Below are positions 38,113 to 48,253 of a DNA stretch of 64,000 bases, in pieces. A program made the translations under genes and the position numbers. Source of the DNA: an uncultured Bacteroidia bacterium (GTDB lineage: Bacteria > CAIWAD01 > BS150m-G50). The notes under the pieces are model-generated. The model made no database searches, was not told where the DNA came from, and saw nothing but the letters and a program-made list of their open reading frames with translations. Where the stretch lies: the NCBI GenBank assembly GCA_964501185.1, contig CAZCRT010000007.1, positions 16,581-80,580 of the forward strand, in the 5' to 3' direction. Within the stretch, counting starts at the first letter, position 1. Every line of letters starts with the position of its first letter.

Positions 38113-38730
38113 CTACAGGTTCGGTTGCCAATGGTCAGTTTTCCGGGGTAATTGTTTCAGGCCGCCCAGTTGCTCTGCCCCCAGCACTACCCTGGCATAA
38201 AACTCAAGCAGTTCCATCCTGCGAAGCGCTTGCGCCAGATCTTCACCGATAGTCAGGGCGCCGTGGTTAGCCATCAGGAAAGCACACTTCCCACCACCGG
38301 CTCTTTCGAGTGTTGCTGCCAGATCGGGACTGCCGGGCGGAGCCCAGGGAAGCAGCATTATCTCCCCCAATTCCTCCTCTATTTCCACCAGGATACCATG
38401 TGGCAGCGTTCTGCCGGCAGTTGCAAAAGCAGTTGCTGAAGGTGGGTGAGCGTGAATAACTGCCCCGATGGTGGGAAACTGTCGATATGCTGTCAGGTGC
38501 AGGGGTGTTTCCGAGGAGGGAATGGCGCCGGCTGATTGCACATCACCCTTCTTTGTGAGTGTGATTATGTCATTCCTCTGCAGTCGGCCTTTGTCTGCAC
38601 CACTGCGGGTGATCAGAATACTCCCATCCGTTTTACGCAGGCTGATATTTCCCTGGCTGGCAGTAACCAGGCCGGCTGCATGTAGTCGGGTACCACAAGT
38701 GATTATCTCCTGAATTAGCAGCATTCCCAC
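38113..38730 (-). CDS. Class II aldolase/adducin family protein
   Basis: GNIS, PSSETPLH, AVIHAHP, LMANHG. Confidence 0.9.
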   Translation of the reverse strand: MGMLLIQEIITCGTRLHAAGLVTASQGNISLRKTDGSILITRSGADKGRLQRNDIITLTKKGDVQSAGAIPSSETPLHLTAYRQFPTIGAVIHAHPPSATAFATAGRTLPHGILVEIEEELGEIMLLPWAPPGSPDLAATLERAGGGKCAFLMANHGALTIGEDLAQALRRMELLEFYARVVLGAEQLGGLKQLPRKTDHWQPNL

Positions 38731-38979
38731 CTCCGATTGACCTAATTCTACTGTAAATGTGGAAAAGTATCCACGCTTTTGTCAACTGGCAGGATCAGCT
38801 CATGAACATTTAGCCGTTGTTTGCTTACCCTGAACCTTGTTTGCGGTTCTATCGAGCAGATTTATTCCCCCGGGTTGCTCGCATATGGGGGCTTGAGATA
38901 AATCAAATCGTACACACTGACCTCAAAGATTCAATGTTTTCAGGAACCAGCCGATACAATTAATGACAAAGGAGGATCA

Positions 38980-39366
38980 ATGCCGGAATACAAACTGCTG
39001 GCCCGTGGTGGGGAAGGCAGCCAGATATTCCGCCGGGAGAATCGATTACTGCTGGCGATGGGTAACATCTTGCTGCCATTGGATTATGGCAGGCTTAAGC
39101 AGGTTTTTCGTCTGGCTAAAAGAATACGTAGAAAATTCGATCACTTTCAACAGGACCAATGTGTCCTGATCAACTACGAAATGGCAGCCTTTCGTTTTAC
39201 CCGCAGCCAGCTGGATGATTTCATCCGGCTGCTTGATGATGCTCTCACTCATTCAGATTCCAGTGAAAATGCCACTCTTTTTCCCGGTCAGCATAATCCA
39301 CCCGGCTACTTTTCCAGACCCAACATCCCTCCTCCCCCTGATCTGCCACATTACTCCCGGAATTAA
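38980..39366 (+). CDS. Hypothetical protein with a Pro-rich tail
   Basis: Strong RBS AAGGAGGA directly before ATG. No family recognised. Confidence 0.55.
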   Translation: MPEYKLLARGGEGSQIFRRENRLLLAMGNILLPLDYGRLKQVFRLAKRIRRKFDHFQQDQCVLINYEMAAFRFTRSQLDDFIRLLDDALTHSDSSENATLFPGQHNPPGYFSRPNIPPPPDLPHYSRN

Positions 39367-39436
39367 TTCCACGAACAGGCACCTCTGCTGATATCACTTA
39401 TCAGGTCGCGCTACAACGCTGGCAGAGCCCAATTTC

Positions 39437-39465
39437 TTGACTTACGCTGCTGGAAAAGGTATTAT
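39437..39465 (+). promoter_or_regulatory. Putative sigma70 promoter of the DUF2723/glycosyltransferase operon
   Basis: TTGACT, 17-bp spacer, TATTAT. Confidence 0.6.
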
Positions 39466-39571
39466 AAAATCTTGTTTTAGAACGCTCATGCCCTGTTCTA
39501 AACACACATGGTAGCCATCCGGTCAAAGATGGCTCCAGCCCGACTGCATTCTGGTAGCTAATGGAGATTTC

Positions 39572-42253
39572 ATGACAGTTTACCGCAAAATTCACCGTCT
39601 GACAGCCCTGGCGATTTTTCTGCTGACAGGTATCATTTATCTGATGACCATGGCCCCTACGCTCAGCTTCTGGGATTGCGGTGAATTCATAGCTGCTTCT
39701 CATACAATGAGTGTTCCTCATCCGCCAGGTGCTCCTTTCTTTCTGCTGCTGGGGCGTTTCTTCTCCCTGTTGCCACTGGGGAGTGATATCGGATTCAGGG
39801 TCAACCTGATCTCTGTCATCAGCAGCGCTCTTACTGTTATGTTACTCTATCTGATCATCGTCAAGCTGGTCAGGATCATGCGGGGCAAAGAACAGGATAA
39901 AAGAGATTATCTGATTGCGATCACCTCCGGTGCGGTTGGCGCTTTCACTTATGCTTTCAGTCACAGTTTCTGGTTTAATGCGGTGGAAGCGGAAGTATAT
40001 GCGATCTCCATGTTTTTCACTGCTATCGTTGTCTGGCTGATATTCGCCTGGCGTGAACATTCTGATTCTGCCACAGGTGACCGTTACCTTCTGCTGATAT
40101 TCTATAGCATCGGACTGGCTATCGGTGTTCACCTGCTCAATGTACTGGCTTTGCCGGCAGTGTTTCTGGTTATCTTCTACCGGAAATATCCGGCTGACAA
40201 TGCTCTGCGGGTACTTGCAGCATGGGTGGTGAGCGCGCTGTTAATCCTGCCGATTTATCCTGGTATAGTACAGAAACTGCCCGCCCTCGCTGCTGACTAC
40301 GGGCTCTGGACGGTGGGCTTTATCTTTCTGCTGCTGGTTGGAGTTTACATCTGGTCGGTCCGCAGGCGGCATCATATCAGTGCCCTGGCCACCAGTGCGC
40401 TTCTGCTGGTAATGATAGGTTATTTTTCCTATGCCATTATTCTGATCCGCTCCGGGCTCAATCCTCCACTGGATGAGAACAATCCGGAGACCTTCACCAA
40501 ACTGGTAGCCTATCTGAACCGGGAGCAGTACGGTGTGACCGGGCTCTGGAGTTCTTTCTGGCCACGTAACGCGCCTCTCTGGGATTATCAGATTAACTAC
40601 ATGTATATCCGCTACTTCCTGCAGAATTTCATGGACCTGCCCCGTTACTATGCCCTGCCACTGCTGTTGGGCCTGTTCGGTGCCGCTCATCATTTCAGTA
40701 AGGACTGGAAGCACGCATCGGTCGTACTCAACCTCTTTCTGCTCACCGGGCTGGCTATTGTAGCCTATGTCAATCAGAACGATCCACAACCGCGTGAGCG
40801 GGATTATTCTTATGTGGGTTCTTTTTTCGCTTTCGCCATCTGGATTGGTATCGGAACACAGGCAGTGCTGGAGTGGGTAAGCGACCTGTTGCGTGAGAAA
40901 CGGAGCCACCTGAACGGGCTTGCTGTTACAGGTGTGCTGCTTCTGCTCCTGTTGCCTGTGAACATGATGGCCCGCAACTATCACACTCATTCCCGGGCAG
41001 GGAACTATGTCGCCTGGGATTATGCCTGGAACATGCTCAACAGCATGGAACCGAACGCTATTGTATTTACGAATGGTGACAACGACACCTTTCCCCTATG
41101 GTATCTGCAGTATGTGGAGCATGTGCGGGAAGATGTCCGGGTGGTTAATCTATCGCTGCTCAATACCGGTTGGTACATCCGTCAATTGCGGGACGAGGAA
41201 CCTCGTGTACCGCTCAGTATGGATGACAGATTTATAGACCGGTATATCGATTCACATGATATGGAGGCGCTGCGCTGGCGCTATCTGCCTGGCCCCAGTC
41301 CGGTCAACCTGCGCACTGCCAGCGGTGACAGTATTCAGTTTACCGTTAAACCTACCATGCGCCTGCCTGTAGACGATGGAATCAAGGGCAACAACTTCCT
41401 GCAGATCAAAGACCTGATGATTCTCGATATTCTGCACACCAATCACTGGCAGAAACCGGTGTATTTTGCGGTAACCGTCTCACGGCACAATCAGGTTGGT
41501 ATGGGTGATGCCGGTTTGCTGCGTATGGACGGACTGGTATTCAAGGTTGTTCAGGAAAAACTCAGGCATGAAACCGATATAGATGTGGATGTACTGACCC
41601 ATAACCTGTTGGAAGTATATCCTGATCATTTCCGCAATCTGGATAATCCTTCTGTTTATCTGAATGATGATATCATACGGATGATGCAGAATTACAGATC
41701 TGCCTATCTGCAGCTGGCGATGGCGCACATGTACAGCGACCGTAACGAAGAGGGGCTGGAAGTGCTGCGACGTATGGAGGAATACCTTCCGGAAGAGCGC
41801 CTTCCGACTTATAACATGGAACTCTCGTTACAGATAGGGCAGATGTACAGTGAGATGGGTGACAAGGCTGAACTGGAACGTCGTCTGGAGCTGTTTCTGG
41901 AGCGGGACTGCAGTCAGAATGACCTGCTGCTGGCAGCCCAGTACTATATTGAATTTCTGGACAATCCGGAGCGTGCGGCAGCAATTCTGCGGCGTCTTCC
42001 TGCTTCACCGCAGATCATGACCGCTATTGGCGAGGCCTGGCTGGGGAGTGAGAAGCCGGATTCTGCAGCCTACTACTACCGCGAGGCATTGAAACTGACA
42101 CCGGAAGACCCGATGGCTTACGGGGGTTTGATCACAGCCCTGGAGATGGCCGGTCGCGATTCTCAGGCAATTGTTGAGCTGGAAAACTGGCTGCTGCTCA
42201 ACCCCAACGATTCCGCTGCCAGACGCAAGCTGGATCAACTCCGGCAGCAGTAA
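39572..42253 (+). CDS. DUF2723 family membrane glycosyltransferase-like protein (GT-C) with C-terminal TPRs
   Basis: PTLSFWDCGEFIAA..HPPGAP, AVEAEVY, P.LDENNP, QPRERDY, TNGDNDTFPLWY. Confidence 0.9.
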   Translation: MTVYRKIHRLTALAIFLLTGIIYLMTMAPTLSFWDCGEFIAASHTMSVPHPPGAPFFLLLGRFFSLLPLGSDIGFRVNLISVISSALTVMLLYLIIVKLVRIMRGKEQDKRDYLIAITSGAVGAFTYAFSHSFWFNAVEAEVYAISMFFTAIVVWLIFAWREHSDSATGDRYLLLIFYSIGLAIGVHLLNVLALPAVFLVIFYRKYPADNALRVLAAWVVSALLILPIYPGIVQKLPALAADYGLWTVGFIFLLLVGVYIWSVRRRHHISALATSALLLVMIGYFSYAIILIRSGLNPPLDENNPETFTKLVAYLNREQYGVTGLWSSFWPRNAPLWDYQINYMYIRYFLQNFMDLPRYYALPLLLGLFGAAHHFSKDWKHASVVLNLFLLTGLAIVAYVNQNDPQPRERDYSYVGSFFAFAIWIGIGTQAVLEWVSDLLREKRSHLNGLAVTGVLLLLLLPVNMMARNYHTHSRAGNYVAWDYAWNMLNSMEPNAIVFTNGDNDTFPLWYLQYVEHVREDVRVVNLSLLNTGWYIRQLRDEEPRVPLSMDDRFIDRYIDSHDMEALRWRYLPGPSPVNLRTASGDSIQFTVKPTMRLPVDDGIKGNNFLQIKDLMILDILHTNHWQKPVYFAVTVSRHNQVGMGDAGLLRMDGLVFKVVQEKLRHETDIDVDVLTHNLLEVYPDHFRNLDNPSVYLNDDIIRMMQNYRSAYLQLAMAHMYSDRNEEGLEVLRRMEEYLPEERLPTYNMELSLQIGQMYSEMGDKAELERRLELFLERDCSQNDLLLAAQYYIEFLDNPERAAAILRRLPASPQIMTAIGEAWLGSEKPDSAAYYYREALKLTPEDPMAYGGLITALEMAGRDSQAIVELENWLLLNPNDSAARRKLDQLRQQ

Positions 42254-42265
42254 AGACATAAAGCA

Positions 42266-43327
42266 ATGACGGTACCTGCAGTTGAGATCATTATTCCCCA
42301 CTTTAATGGAGTGGAAATTCTGCGGCAATGCCTGCGGAGTCTGGCTGGTTTAAGCTGGCAGGACCTGCGTATCACCGTGGTTGATAACGCATCCACAGAT
42401 GACTCAGTTGCCATGATAGAATCCGAATTCCCCACGGTGAGTATTCTGCGCTGTGAGCAGAACCTCGGGTTTGCCGGTGGTTGTAACGCCGGTATGCGCG
42501 CTTCCAGAGCACCATGGCAGCTTCTGCTCAATAATGACACTGAAGTGGAGCCTGGATTCATTGAGCCTCTGGTCAGGCAACTGGAGGATAACCCCCGGGT
42601 TGCTGCAGTACAGCCTCGTATCTGTTCTATTCCCCGCGCAGGTTATCTGGATTATGCCGGTGCTGCCGGGGGGATGCTGGACCGTTACGGTTTTCCTTTC
42701 GCTGTGGGTCGGATTTTCAGTGAACTGGAACCGGATGATGGACGCTATCGTGAGGGCCGTTCCATTTTCTGGGCTTCAGGGACGGCAGTTCTCTTTCGCG
42801 CTGCCGCACTCGAAGAGGTCGGTTTGCTGGATGAAGATTTTTTCATGCATATGGAGGAGATTGACCTGGCCTGGCGACTGCACCTGAACGGCTGGGAAGT
42901 CAGATCAGTACCGGAGCAGGCGGTGTATCATCATTCCGGCTATTCATTACCGGAGGGTGCTGGCCGCAAGGTTTATCTGAACTATCGCAACAGCCTGCTG
43001 ATGCTGTTGAAAAATTATCAGGCCGCCACACTCTGGCGGCGATTACCGATACGACTGCTGTTTGACTGGATCGCAATGATTCGTTTGTTGCGACTGGGTG
43101 ATTTCACCGGAGTGTGGGGTGTAAAAAAGGCGCACTTCTGGATACTGTCTCATCCGCGCCGGATCGCACGAATGCGCAGACAGGTTCAGAGTCAGCGCCG
43201 TTTACCAGACAATGCTGTAGACAGGGTGCTTTTCCCCCGCAGTATTGTCTGGAGTCATTTTAAGCGTGGAATCAACCGCTTCAGCGAACTGGACTGGGAT
43301 ATCAATGATCCGACCTGTGATACATGA
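42266..43327 (+). CDS. Glycosyltransferase family 2
   Basis: VVDNAS.D, NLGFAGGCN, LLNNDT, WASG, FFMHMEEIDL. Confidence 0.92.
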   Translation: MTVPAVEIIIPHFNGVEILRQCLRSLAGLSWQDLRITVVDNASTDDSVAMIESEFPTVSILRCEQNLGFAGGCNAGMRASRAPWQLLLNNDTEVEPGFIEPLVRQLEDNPRVAAVQPRICSIPRAGYLDYAGAAGGMLDRYGFPFAVGRIFSELEPDDGRYREGRSIFWASGTAVLFRAAALEEVGLLDEDFFMHMEEIDLAWRLHLNGWEVRSVPEQAVYHHSGYSLPEGAGRKVYLNYRNSLLMLLKNYQAATLWRRLPIRLLFDWIAMIRLLRLGDFTGVWGVKKAHFWILSHPRRIARMRRQVQSQRRLPDNAVDRVLFPRSIVWSHFKRGINRFSELDWDINDPTCDT

Positions 43328-43404
43328 GTGCTATTCTTAATAATTACGTGGTGATATTAAACTGGTCAACCACAAAAAGTCAGTGATCAGGAGTTTGCCC
43401 AACC

Positions 43405-44157
43405 ATGAAACTGTCGATTGTAATTCCAGCCTACAATGAAGCTACCCGTATCGGGCCTACCCTGCTGGCAGCATATGAGTATTTCAAAGAGCTGTTTCCA
43501 GACCATGAATTGCTGGTGATTGATGACGGCAGCCGTGATAACACCAGCGGGCTGGTACGGCAACTGCAGACCGAACAGATCCCGACGCTACGTCTGCTGG
43601 CTAACGGCCGAAACATGGGTAAGGGTGGAGCACTTCAGCACGGAATGCTGGCTGCTTATGGCGATTATATTCTCTTCTGCGATGCGGATCAGTCAACTCC
43701 TTTCAGGGAAATGGAGAAATTCCTGCCGGCTCTGGAACAGAATCAGCCGGTTGTTATCGGAACACGCAAGAGCGATGGTGCCGATGTCATAAAGCATCAA
43801 CCCTGGTTGCGTGAGACAATGGGAAAAGGTTTTACTGTTTTATCCCGGGCAATGATCGGTGTCAAGGTCAGCGATTTCACCTGTGGCTTCAAACTGTTCT
43901 CACAGGAAGCCGCCCGGGCGATTTTCAGCCGGCAGCGGGTTTATGACTGGAGTTTTGACAGCGAAATTCTGCATATCGCCGTTAAGCTCGGGTACAGCAT
44001 CACCGAAGTGCCGGTAACCTGGATCAATTCAGAGGATACCCGGGTAAATCTGGTGCGTGATACAATCAACTCGTTCAAAGGATTACTACGCATCCGTTAC
44101 TACAGCAGTTCCGGTGCCTACGAATACCCGCGGCCAGCAGAAGAACTGGTCTTTTAG
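43405..44157 (+). CDS. Polyprenyl/dolichyl-phosphate beta-glucosyltransferase-like GT2
   Basis: SIVIPAYNE, IDDGSRD, NMGKG.A, FCDAD.ST, DFTCGFKLF, FDSEIL. Confidence 0.88.
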   Translation: MKLSIVIPAYNEATRIGPTLLAAYEYFKELFPDHELLVIDDGSRDNTSGLVRQLQTEQIPTLRLLANGRNMGKGGALQHGMLAAYGDYILFCDADQSTPFREMEKFLPALEQNQPVVIGTRKSDGADVIKHQPWLRETMGKGFTVLSRAMIGVKVSDFTCGFKLFSQEAARAIFSRQRVYDWSFDSEILHIAVKLGYSITEVPVTWINSEDTRVNLVRDTINSFKGLLRIRYYSSSGAYEYPRPAEELVF

Positions 44158-44171
44158 TACAGAGGGGTCCC

Positions 44172-46382
44172 ATGCAGCCTGACAGACAATCTTTCACCGG
44201 GCTACTGATACATGATCGAACAGCACTGTTTCTGCTGGCGGTGGTGTTATTGATCGGAACATTGCTGCGCTTTCAGGGGCTTGACTGGGGGACCTCAAAC
44301 TACGATCTGCATACTCCTTCCGACAGCAGCACCACTCATTTCTATCACTTCCATCCTGATGAGACCAGCAATGTCAAAGTGGCCGGTAACCTGAAGGATT
44401 CGTGGCGTCCCAACATAAATTTCTACGGTGAGAATGTTGCCTATTCGCTGTATGGTGCTTCGACAGTCTATCTGAACGCGCTGGCAGTGCGGATAGCGGA
44501 TCTCTTTGTGGATTTTGAACCCTATGTCTACGATAACTCAAATAATGAGCGTCTCACATTTCTGGCGGTGAGAATACTTAACGCCATGCTGGGGGCATTG
44601 TCACCACTGTTGCTGTTTCTGGCAGCCCGCCGTCTCTATGGTGCCTGGACCGGCCTTGGTGCTGCCGCGCTGTTTGCCGTAACCATGTTGCATGTACAGA
44701 TGTCGCACTTCGGTGTGGTGGATGTACCGGTGGTTTTCTTCTCACTGGCAGCTTTCTATTTCATCACCTGTCTCTACTACCACTCCCGGCTGCATTATTA
44801 TCTGCTGGCAGGAGCGTTCTTCGGGATCGCTGTTTCCACCAAGGTTAACGCTATCCTGCTGGTACTGCCTTTTCTGACTGCACATACGCTCAGCCGTTTC
44901 AGGAGTGAGCCCTGGAACTGGCGCCGTGTTTCCGGCTGGATGCATTTTATCAGAGTGCTGTTGCAGTCAAAAATGCTGGCCGCAGGTGGTATGACAATTC
45001 TGGTATTCTTCCTGCTCAACCCATATGCCATTCTCGATTTCAAGGACTATCTCTTTGCCGACAATGCTTTCGGGTTTTTTCACATTCTCCGGAATATCCG
45101 CGGGGAGAACCTGTATCCTTTCCAGATCCAGTTCATGGATAACAACTTTCCACTGGCTTATCTGTTCAGCAATCTGCTGCCCTGGGGCATGGGCTGGCCG
45201 CTGGCGGTGCTGGGTGGTGCCGGTGTTGTGATACAGATAATACGTGGCCGTTCTGCGGACTGGATACTGCTCGTCTGGCTGCTGGTGACATTGCTTCTGA
45301 CCCATAACGCCAAGGTTCTCTATATTCGCTATGCTCTGCCTTTGATACCATTACTGCTGTTGGGCGGTGTGCGTGGTATCGCTTTGCTCTGGGAATGGCG
45401 GCCGACTCCAACAGTGCGCTATGCTCTTTCACTGCTCGTACTGCTGGTCTGGGGATACGGACTTGCCTGGTCGACCGCATTCAACTCGGTATACAAACAG
45501 GAAGATTCCAGATTAGCTGCCGCACGCTGGCTGGGGCAGAATGTATCACACGGAACTACAGTACTGCACGAGCAGAGCGCTAACAGTATGAAATTCTACC
45601 TGGACCGTGAAGACTACGACCTGCTGCATCTCAGCATTCATATGCTCTATCGCAGTGGCGGATTGCTGACTTTCCAGGAGCGGATAGATTATTTGTATCA
45701 CAAACTGGCAATGGCCGATTACTTTATCTTTGTCGATACAAACAGGATGGCAGGTTATCGGGAGGTCAGTAAACACTTCCCTGTAGAAACGGATTTCTAC
45801 AACCTGCTGCTGTCGGGGAGGCTGGGGTATGAGCTGGTGTTTGACCGGAAGATGCCTCCTGAAGTGCTGGGTTGGGAGATTGATGATACAGAGGCGGAGT
45901 TCTCACTGCGTTATTATGACCACTCCCGTACTTTTATACTGAGAAAAACCGATTCGTTCAGCCGGGATCTGTTTGACCGCTGGCGGGATCTATACCAGAG
46001 CGCTGCCGGTACTCAGGATGAATTGATCAGGCTTGCTCAACAACAGATAGCGCTGGGGGAATGGGAGCAGGCAAGCAGTCTGCTGGGGCAGGGGCTGAAC
46101 AATCAGCAGGGATTGATCACCAAACTGCGCCTGCTGGGTGACTGTGCTCTGGCACTGGGCGATACCACTGTTGCACACCAGGCATACGAGAATACTCTGC
46201 AGTATGACAGGCTGCAGCCCCAGATATCCTACCAGTACTACATACAGTTTCTGCTGGATATCGGTAAGCGTGCTGAAGCAGAACGGGCTTATGCCGGTTT
46301 GCATCAGCAACTGGCTGAACGCCGTGCGGAAGTGAAGGCGCTGGAGCGTTTCTGGGCAGAGGCGACGGATTACAAAGAATGA
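44172..46382 (+). CDS. GT-C/PMT-like (ArnT/GT39-type) membrane glycosyltransferase with a TPR tail
   Basis: FHPDE motif, SHFGVVDVP, STKVN, multiple TM helices, DSRLAAARW and C-terminal TPR-like helices. Confidence 0.8.
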   Translation: MQPDRQSFTGLLIHDRTALFLLAVVLLIGTLLRFQGLDWGTSNYDLHTPSDSSTTHFYHFHPDETSNVKVAGNLKDSWRPNINFYGENVAYSLYGASTVYLNALAVRIADLFVDFEPYVYDNSNNERLTFLAVRILNAMLGALSPLLLFLAARRLYGAWTGLGAAALFAVTMLHVQMSHFGVVDVPVVFFSLAAFYFITCLYYHSRLHYYLLAGAFFGIAVSTKVNAILLVLPFLTAHTLSRFRSEPWNWRRVSGWMHFIRVLLQSKMLAAGGMTILVFFLLNPYAILDFKDYLFADNAFGFFHILRNIRGENLYPFQIQFMDNNFPLAYLFSNLLPWGMGWPLAVLGGAGVVIQIIRGRSADWILLVWLLVTLLLTHNAKVLYIRYALPLIPLLLLGGVRGIALLWEWRPTPTVRYALSLLVLLVWGYGLAWSTAFNSVYKQEDSRLAAARWLGQNVSHGTTVLHEQSANSMKFYLDREDYDLLHLSIHMLYRSGGLLTFQERIDYLYHKLAMADYFIFVDTNRMAGYREVSKHFPVETDFYNLLLSGRLGYELVFDRKMPPEVLGWEIDDTEAEFSLRYYDHSRTFILRKTDSFSRDLFDRWRDLYQSAAGTQDELIRLAQQQIALGEWEQASSLLGQGLNNQQGLITKLRLLGDCALALGDTTVAHQAYENTLQYDRLQPQISYQYYIQFLLDIGKRAEAERAYAGLHQQLAERRAEVKALERFWAEATDYKE

Positions 46383-46387
46383 AAAAT

Positions 46388-46645
46388 ACCACGAAGGGCA
46401 CGAAAGACACGAAGGGAAATATTGATCTACGAAGAGATTGGAAGTGACCCATGAGTTGTTCAATCTGATTGGGTGATTCCAGGCTTATACCAAGACGAAA
46501 CGAAAGTACGCTTATGCGACGACTGCAAGGATCCAGACAGGTAAGCTGGTTTCAGGAGTTTCTGAAAAATCAGGTAAGTTTGAACTTCTCTACACTCAAC
46601 CCTAACTTTTCTTCGTGTTCTTCGTGTAGCGAAGCACTTCGTGGT
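46388..46645. repeat. Inverted-repeat element with triple CACGAAG arms
   Basis: CACGAA(G) at 46390, 46399 and 46408. CTTCGTG at 46611, 46620 and 46637. Confidence 0.75.
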
Positions 46646-46674
46646 GAGATTTCCTGTTTAAACCGGAGTAGATC

Positions 46675-47691
46675 GTGATACAGAAAAGCACACTTGTACT
46701 GCTTCTGCTGCTGCCGCTGCTGTGGCTGGGTTGTGGGCAACCTCGCTCGTGGGGTGACTGGGATGAGGTTACGGTATTTATCGATTCCCTCGACCGTAGT
46801 CAGTTTGAACCGCAGCTACGGGAAGTTTTTGAGGTATCCAGTATTTCACCACAGCTGGAACCCTGGTTCGGGCTTAAGTTTGTTGACCAGAATCAACTCA
46901 ACTCACTGGCCAACCGGCGGCTGCTGTTGTTTATCGCCAGCCGCATTGACGGTGACAGCCCGGTGAACAACTATGTGCGTTCTCTTTTCGGTAGTGAAGA
47001 GCTTGAACGAATCCGCTCTGGTGAGCAGTTGATCTTTGCCAGAGAAAACGCACTGGCACGCCCGCAACAGGTGGTAATCCTACCGGCGAATGATCCGAAT
47101 GCATTGACTGAACTGCTTCGGGAGCGAGACACTTCGCTGGTTCAGTTGTTTCTCGACTACACTTTGAGCCAGGCACAGGAACAGATATATTCCAGATATG
47201 AGCAGGTGGATTTAGCGGACAGTCTGTATCACATGTTGAATGTGAAGCTGCGGATTCCCCACGATTACCAGGTGGTTAACGCGATGCCTGAGCAGAACCT
47301 GCTCCGGTTCAGACGCTATCATCCTGACCGCTGGGTGGCAGTACAGACACTGCCCGGGTTACCGGCAGATCCCTATGATCCCGCCTATCTGCTGGATCTG
47401 CGTGACTCTCTGGGGGTACATTTCTACGACAGAGTGTATGTGGAAAGAGATCCTGATTTTCAGAGAGTAACACAGATACATGTGAACGGGCATGATGGTG
47501 TCTGTCTGGAGGGCCTCTGGGGCACATATGAAATGATTGGTGGTGGCCCCTACATCCTGTACCTGTTTCCGGACCATACTAACAACAGGACTATAGTTGT
47601 AGATGGGGCAGTTTTCGCCCCGGGCAAAGACAAGAATCCGTTCCTGCTTCAACTCTGGAGCATTCTGGAAACATATGGAGAAACGAAATAG
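46675..47691 (+). CDS. DUF4837 family lipoprotein
   Basis: Lipobox WLG-C, P.LEPWF, WG.Y..GGP and GAVFAPGKDK. Confidence 0.75.
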   Translation: MIQKSTLVLLLLLPLLWLGCGQPRSWGDWDEVTVFIDSLDRSQFEPQLREVFEVSSISPQLEPWFGLKFVDQNQLNSLANRRLLLFIASRIDGDSPVNNYVRSLFGSEELERIRSGEQLIFARENALARPQQVVILPANDPNALTELLRERDTSLVQLFLDYTLSQAQEQIYSRYEQVDLADSLYHMLNVKLRIPHDYQVVNAMPEQNLLRFRRYHPDRWVAVQTLPGLPADPYDPAYLLDLRDSLGVHFYDRVYVERDPDFQRVTQIHVNGHDGVCLEGLWGTYEMIGGGPYILYLFPDHTNNRTIVVDGAVFAPGKDKNPFLLQLWSILETYGETK

Positions 47692-47794
47692 ACACCAATA
47701 CTCACCAGAGCGCTTACGGGAAATCAGTTGAGCTGATGAGTTATCCTGTCAAGTGCCAACTTATGAGTATTCTGGAAACTTAGGGAGAAAGACA

Positions 47795-48253
47795 ATGAGC
47801 TGGAAATGTGCGTTGCTGATGGGGAGCCCTTCCGATCGTAAGGAACTGGAAAAGGCGCTTCCGTATTTTGAGTATTTCGATCTGCAGGTTGAGGTGAAAG
47901 TAATCTCTGCTCACCGTAATCCACAGGAGGTGACGCAGTTTGCTACGACCGCCCGGCAGGAAGGCTACCGGGCAGTTATCGCAGCTGCCGGTATGGCGGC
48001 ACATCTGGCCGGTGTTATCGCCTCGCATACGACGCTGCCGGTTCTGGGAGTACCGTTGGCCGGGTCCTTTAACGGGCTGGACGCGCTACTCTCAACAGTA
48101 CAGATGCCTGCCGGTATCCCGGTCGCTACATTTGCTGTAGGTGCTGCCGGTGCCCGCAACGCTGCCATTTTCCTGGCTGAAATGATAGCAGTCGATGACT
48201 CTGCTATGGCAGCAAGGCTGGATGAGTTCCGCAGTCAGGGAGCGCGTCTCTAG
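47795..48253 (+). CDS. purE: N5-carboxyaminoimidazole ribonucleotide mutase
   Basis: [40 protein letters not shown]. Confidence 0.96.
   Translation: MSWKCALLMGSPSDRKELEKALPYFEYFDLQVEVKVISAHRNPQEVTQFATTARQEGYRAVIAAAGMAAHLAGVIASHTTLPVLGVPLAGSFNGLDALLSTVQMPAGIPVATFAVGAAGARNAAIFLAEMIAVDDSAMAARLDEFRSQGARL

Noticed and set aside
38758-38775. Two DnaA-box-like 9-mers (possible oriC)
   Set aside because: Only two imperfect boxes, with no dnaA/dnaN context and no unwinding-element repeats.
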